From contig JBBCAV010000029.1 in assembly GCA_051382305.1 (NCBI GenBank), forward strand, positions 1 to 38,197: DNA of 38,197 nt, given 5' to 3'. The position numbers were made by a program, and so were the translations under genes. Of the stretch, positions 36,360-38,197 are shown in pieces; the stretch's first letter is position 1; each line of letters begins with the position of its first letter. The notes below the pieces were generated by a model. It saw nothing but the letters and a program-made list of their open reading frames with translations, was not told the origin of the DNA and ran no database searches. Source of the stretch: Bdellovibrionota bacterium FG-2 (GTDB lineage: Bacteria > Bdellovibrionota > UBA1018).

Positions 36360-37235
36360 ATGAAGAAGAGGCTTCGATTCACAAAAGTTCACATTGAGAT
36401 CAGTAACATCTGCAATCTACACTGCAGCTTTTGTCCTGAGGTCACACGCCCTAAAGGTCACATCGAGGTCGCTCTCTTTCGTAAGATCATCGAGCAGCTT
36501 CCGCCTTTAACCGAGATGGTTTGTTTTCATCTCATGGGTGAACCCCTCGTTCATCCCAAGCTCACTGAACTTGTCGAAATTTGCCATGAACACGGCTTGA
36601 AGATTTTCTTTGTCACCAACGGAATTTTGCTTCGCGAGCCGCAAGCTGCGCTTCTTCTCCACCCTGCCTTTCGGCAAGTCAATTTTTCGCTGCATAGCTT
36701 TCTAGATAATTTCGCAGGAAAAGATCCTTCCCACTACTTAGATCGCATCTTCTCATTTACGGAGCGCGCTTTTGAGGAACGTCCCGACCTCTATATCAAC
36801 TTCCGCCTCTGGAACCTCGCCAGCCTTCATGAACATCGGACGGAAAATCTGAATTTTCTCGAGCGCATCGGCGAGCGATTTGGAGTGACCCTGGATCCTA
36901 AAGTCGATTTAACCCAGCAGAAGAGCCGAAACATAAAAGGCCGACTCTATCTCAATTCTGACGCTCAGTTTGTCTGGCCAAACTTAAACCTCCCGCTGCA
37001 GGGCGAGCGTGGAACCTGTTTCGGGCTTTCCAATCATTTTGGAATTCTGATTGATGGCACCGTCGTGCCTTGTTGCTTGGACAAAGACGCCTGCATCACG
37101 CTTGGGCATGCGCAAGTGCAACCCCTTGCCAATATTCTCGGCACACCCCGTGCGCAAGCCATGCTTCAAGGGTTTCGCGATCGACGACTCGTTGAAGATT
37201 TGTGCCGCCGATGCCAATACATCGAGCGGTTTTAG
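36360..37235 (+). CDS. Radical SAM/SPASM domain protein
   Basis: CNLHCSFC, MGEPL.HP, TNG, SPASM/twitch C.GL..HFGIL.DGTVVPCCLD...LC..C. Confidence 0.93.
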   Translation: MKKRLRFTKVHIEISNICNLHCSFCPEVTRPKGHIEVALFRKIIEQLPPLTEMVCFHLMGEPLVHPKLTELVEICHEHGLKIFFVTNGILLREPQAALLLHPAFRQVNFSLHSFLDNFAGKDPSHYLDRIFSFTERAFEERPDLYINFRLWNLASLHEHRTENLNFLERIGERFGVTLDPKVDLTQQKSRNIKGRLYLNSDAQFVWPNLNLPLQGERGTCFGLSNHFGILIDGTVVPCCLDKDACITLGHAQVQPLANILGTPRAQAMLQGFRDRRLVEDLCRRCQYIERF

Positions 37236-37243
37236 ATGAGAGC

Positions 37244-38032
37244 CTAGATAAAATAGAACATGAAGTTTAAACGGGCATAGGGATATTCAATAGGCTTCGT
37301 ATCGTAATGAGTTCCGCCGATGCCCTGGGTCGTGTGCGCGCCCATGACGTTCATGCCCCCTTCAAGCCCGAGCCCAAACCAACGGGCAGGCTTCCACTCC
37401 AATCCAATACCCGTATGGGTGATCGAACCACTGGCTGCGGCCAGGAGTGCAAAAACCCCGCCCCTGCCAGCGCCCAAGGTCACATAAGGACGAATCGCTT
37501 GGCGACCCATCTCAAAACTCCAACCCAAAATCGCACTCGCAGTCATTTCGCTCAAGAAAATTACCGTGCCGATATCCAGATCAACTCCGACCACCAAGCC
37601 AGGACCTACGGTTGCAAGGAGTCGCGCTTTTCCACCCGTCGTAAGGCCAAGGTTGATCCCAATCCCCATGTCCACATCGCGAATAAAGTCAGCGCCGTCT
37701 TGAGCTGCGATATTCTGCGCAACTTGAGTCGCTTCAGCTTGCGCAACATCTTCAGGAATCACGTCGCCCAAGACAAGCTCTGCGCCGTTAGGACCTTCTT
37801 TTGCGACGACTTCATAGCCCTCGGCGATCATTTGCGCGAGACGCTCTGTATCGCTCGTACGCACGAAAGCAGCGCCTTTGGCGCCATCCGTGTGTTTCAA
37901 AACAAAAACTTTATCGGAGGGCCCCACTTCAATCATGACCTCATCACCATAGGCTAATGCGGAGGCAAAACCCGAAAAAGAGAAAACAATGGAACTCAAA
38001 GCTAACAACGAGAAAATGACGGATTTGTTCAT
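37244..38032 (-). CDS. Hypothetical secreted protein with small C-terminal beta-barrel
   Basis: Signal peptide (FASA), Gly-rich amphipathic strands (IRPYVTLGAG, GIGLEW, FGLGLEGG), ends RLNFMFYFI. Confidence 0.75.
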   Translation of the reverse strand: MNKSVIFSLLALSSIVFSFSGFASALAYGDEVMIEVGPSDKVFVLKHTDGAKGAAFVRTSDTERLAQMIAEGYEVVAKEGPNGAELVLGDVIPEDVAQAEATQVAQNIAAQDGADFIRDVDMGIGINLGLTTGGKARLLATVGPGLVVGVDLDIGTVIFLSEMTASAILGWSFEMGRQAIRPYVTLGAGRGGVFALLAAASGSITHTGIGLEWKPARWFGLGLEGGMNVMGAHTTQGIGGTHYDTKPIEYPYARLNFMFYFI

Positions 38033-38197
38033 GGCGGGCTTTTAGCCCGGATTAGGCCGTAACTCAAGGCATTTTTCCTGCGCATAGGACCACACCAGCA
38101 GTTCGCAAACCTCCAAAAATGCCAGTGGGCCTGGCATGTTGGGGAGATGGCTTTCGCAGGATAAATCAGAAAAAGCCAATCATTTTGTGATCCACGC

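Noticed and set aside
36360-37235. RiPP biosynthetic cluster around the rSAM/SPASM gene
   Set aside because: No precursor peptide, RRE or transporter nearby.
38033-38197. Partial CDS at the right edge
   Set aside because: No frame gave a convincing protein; too short to call.

Overview
Bacterial chromosomal window of roughly balanced GC. The gene style (many lineage-specific secreted proteins and lipoproteins) suggests Bdellovibrionota/Oligoflexia; this is an inference. All family assignments come from motif recognition, not database searches. Left to right: (1) an ABC-F ATPase missing from the ORF track because it runs off the window edge, with an apparently chimeric 3' end, preceded by a HEPN-MNT toxin-antitoxin pair; (2) a decayed cluster of secreted-protein pseudogenes, two sharing a homologous 93-bp signal-peptide cassette; (3) a CmpX/MscS-like TM-helix protein, an Fe-S protein, a Zn-phospholipase C-like and a stanniocalcin-like secreted protein, an AAA_14/DUF4143 ATPase and DUF2934; (4) tRNA-Leu(TAG) carrying a 2262-bp islet with a 62-bp att duplication, 22-bp arm-type repeats, a hidden tyrosine-integrase C-terminal remnant, an RHH-PIN TA pair and pRiA4b ORF3; (5) an FmdB Zn-ribbon, tRNA-Arg(TCT), DUF4325 and a tandem USP; (6) an M36/M4-type protease lipoprotein whose FTP-PepSY propeptide appears to be a separate downstream gene; (7) an operon of three GT-C glycosyltransferases, one with PIG-B/Alg9 motifs; (8) an alpha/beta hydrolase, an LhgO-like oxidoreductase, a large repeat/coiled-coil protein with a degenerate HD-GYP-like partner, outer-membrane and lipoprotein candidates, a metzincin lipoprotein and a radical SAM/SPASM protein. 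Best novelty candidates are the split protease/propeptide pair, the minimal TA-bearing tRNA islet, the GT-C trio and the shared signal cassette.
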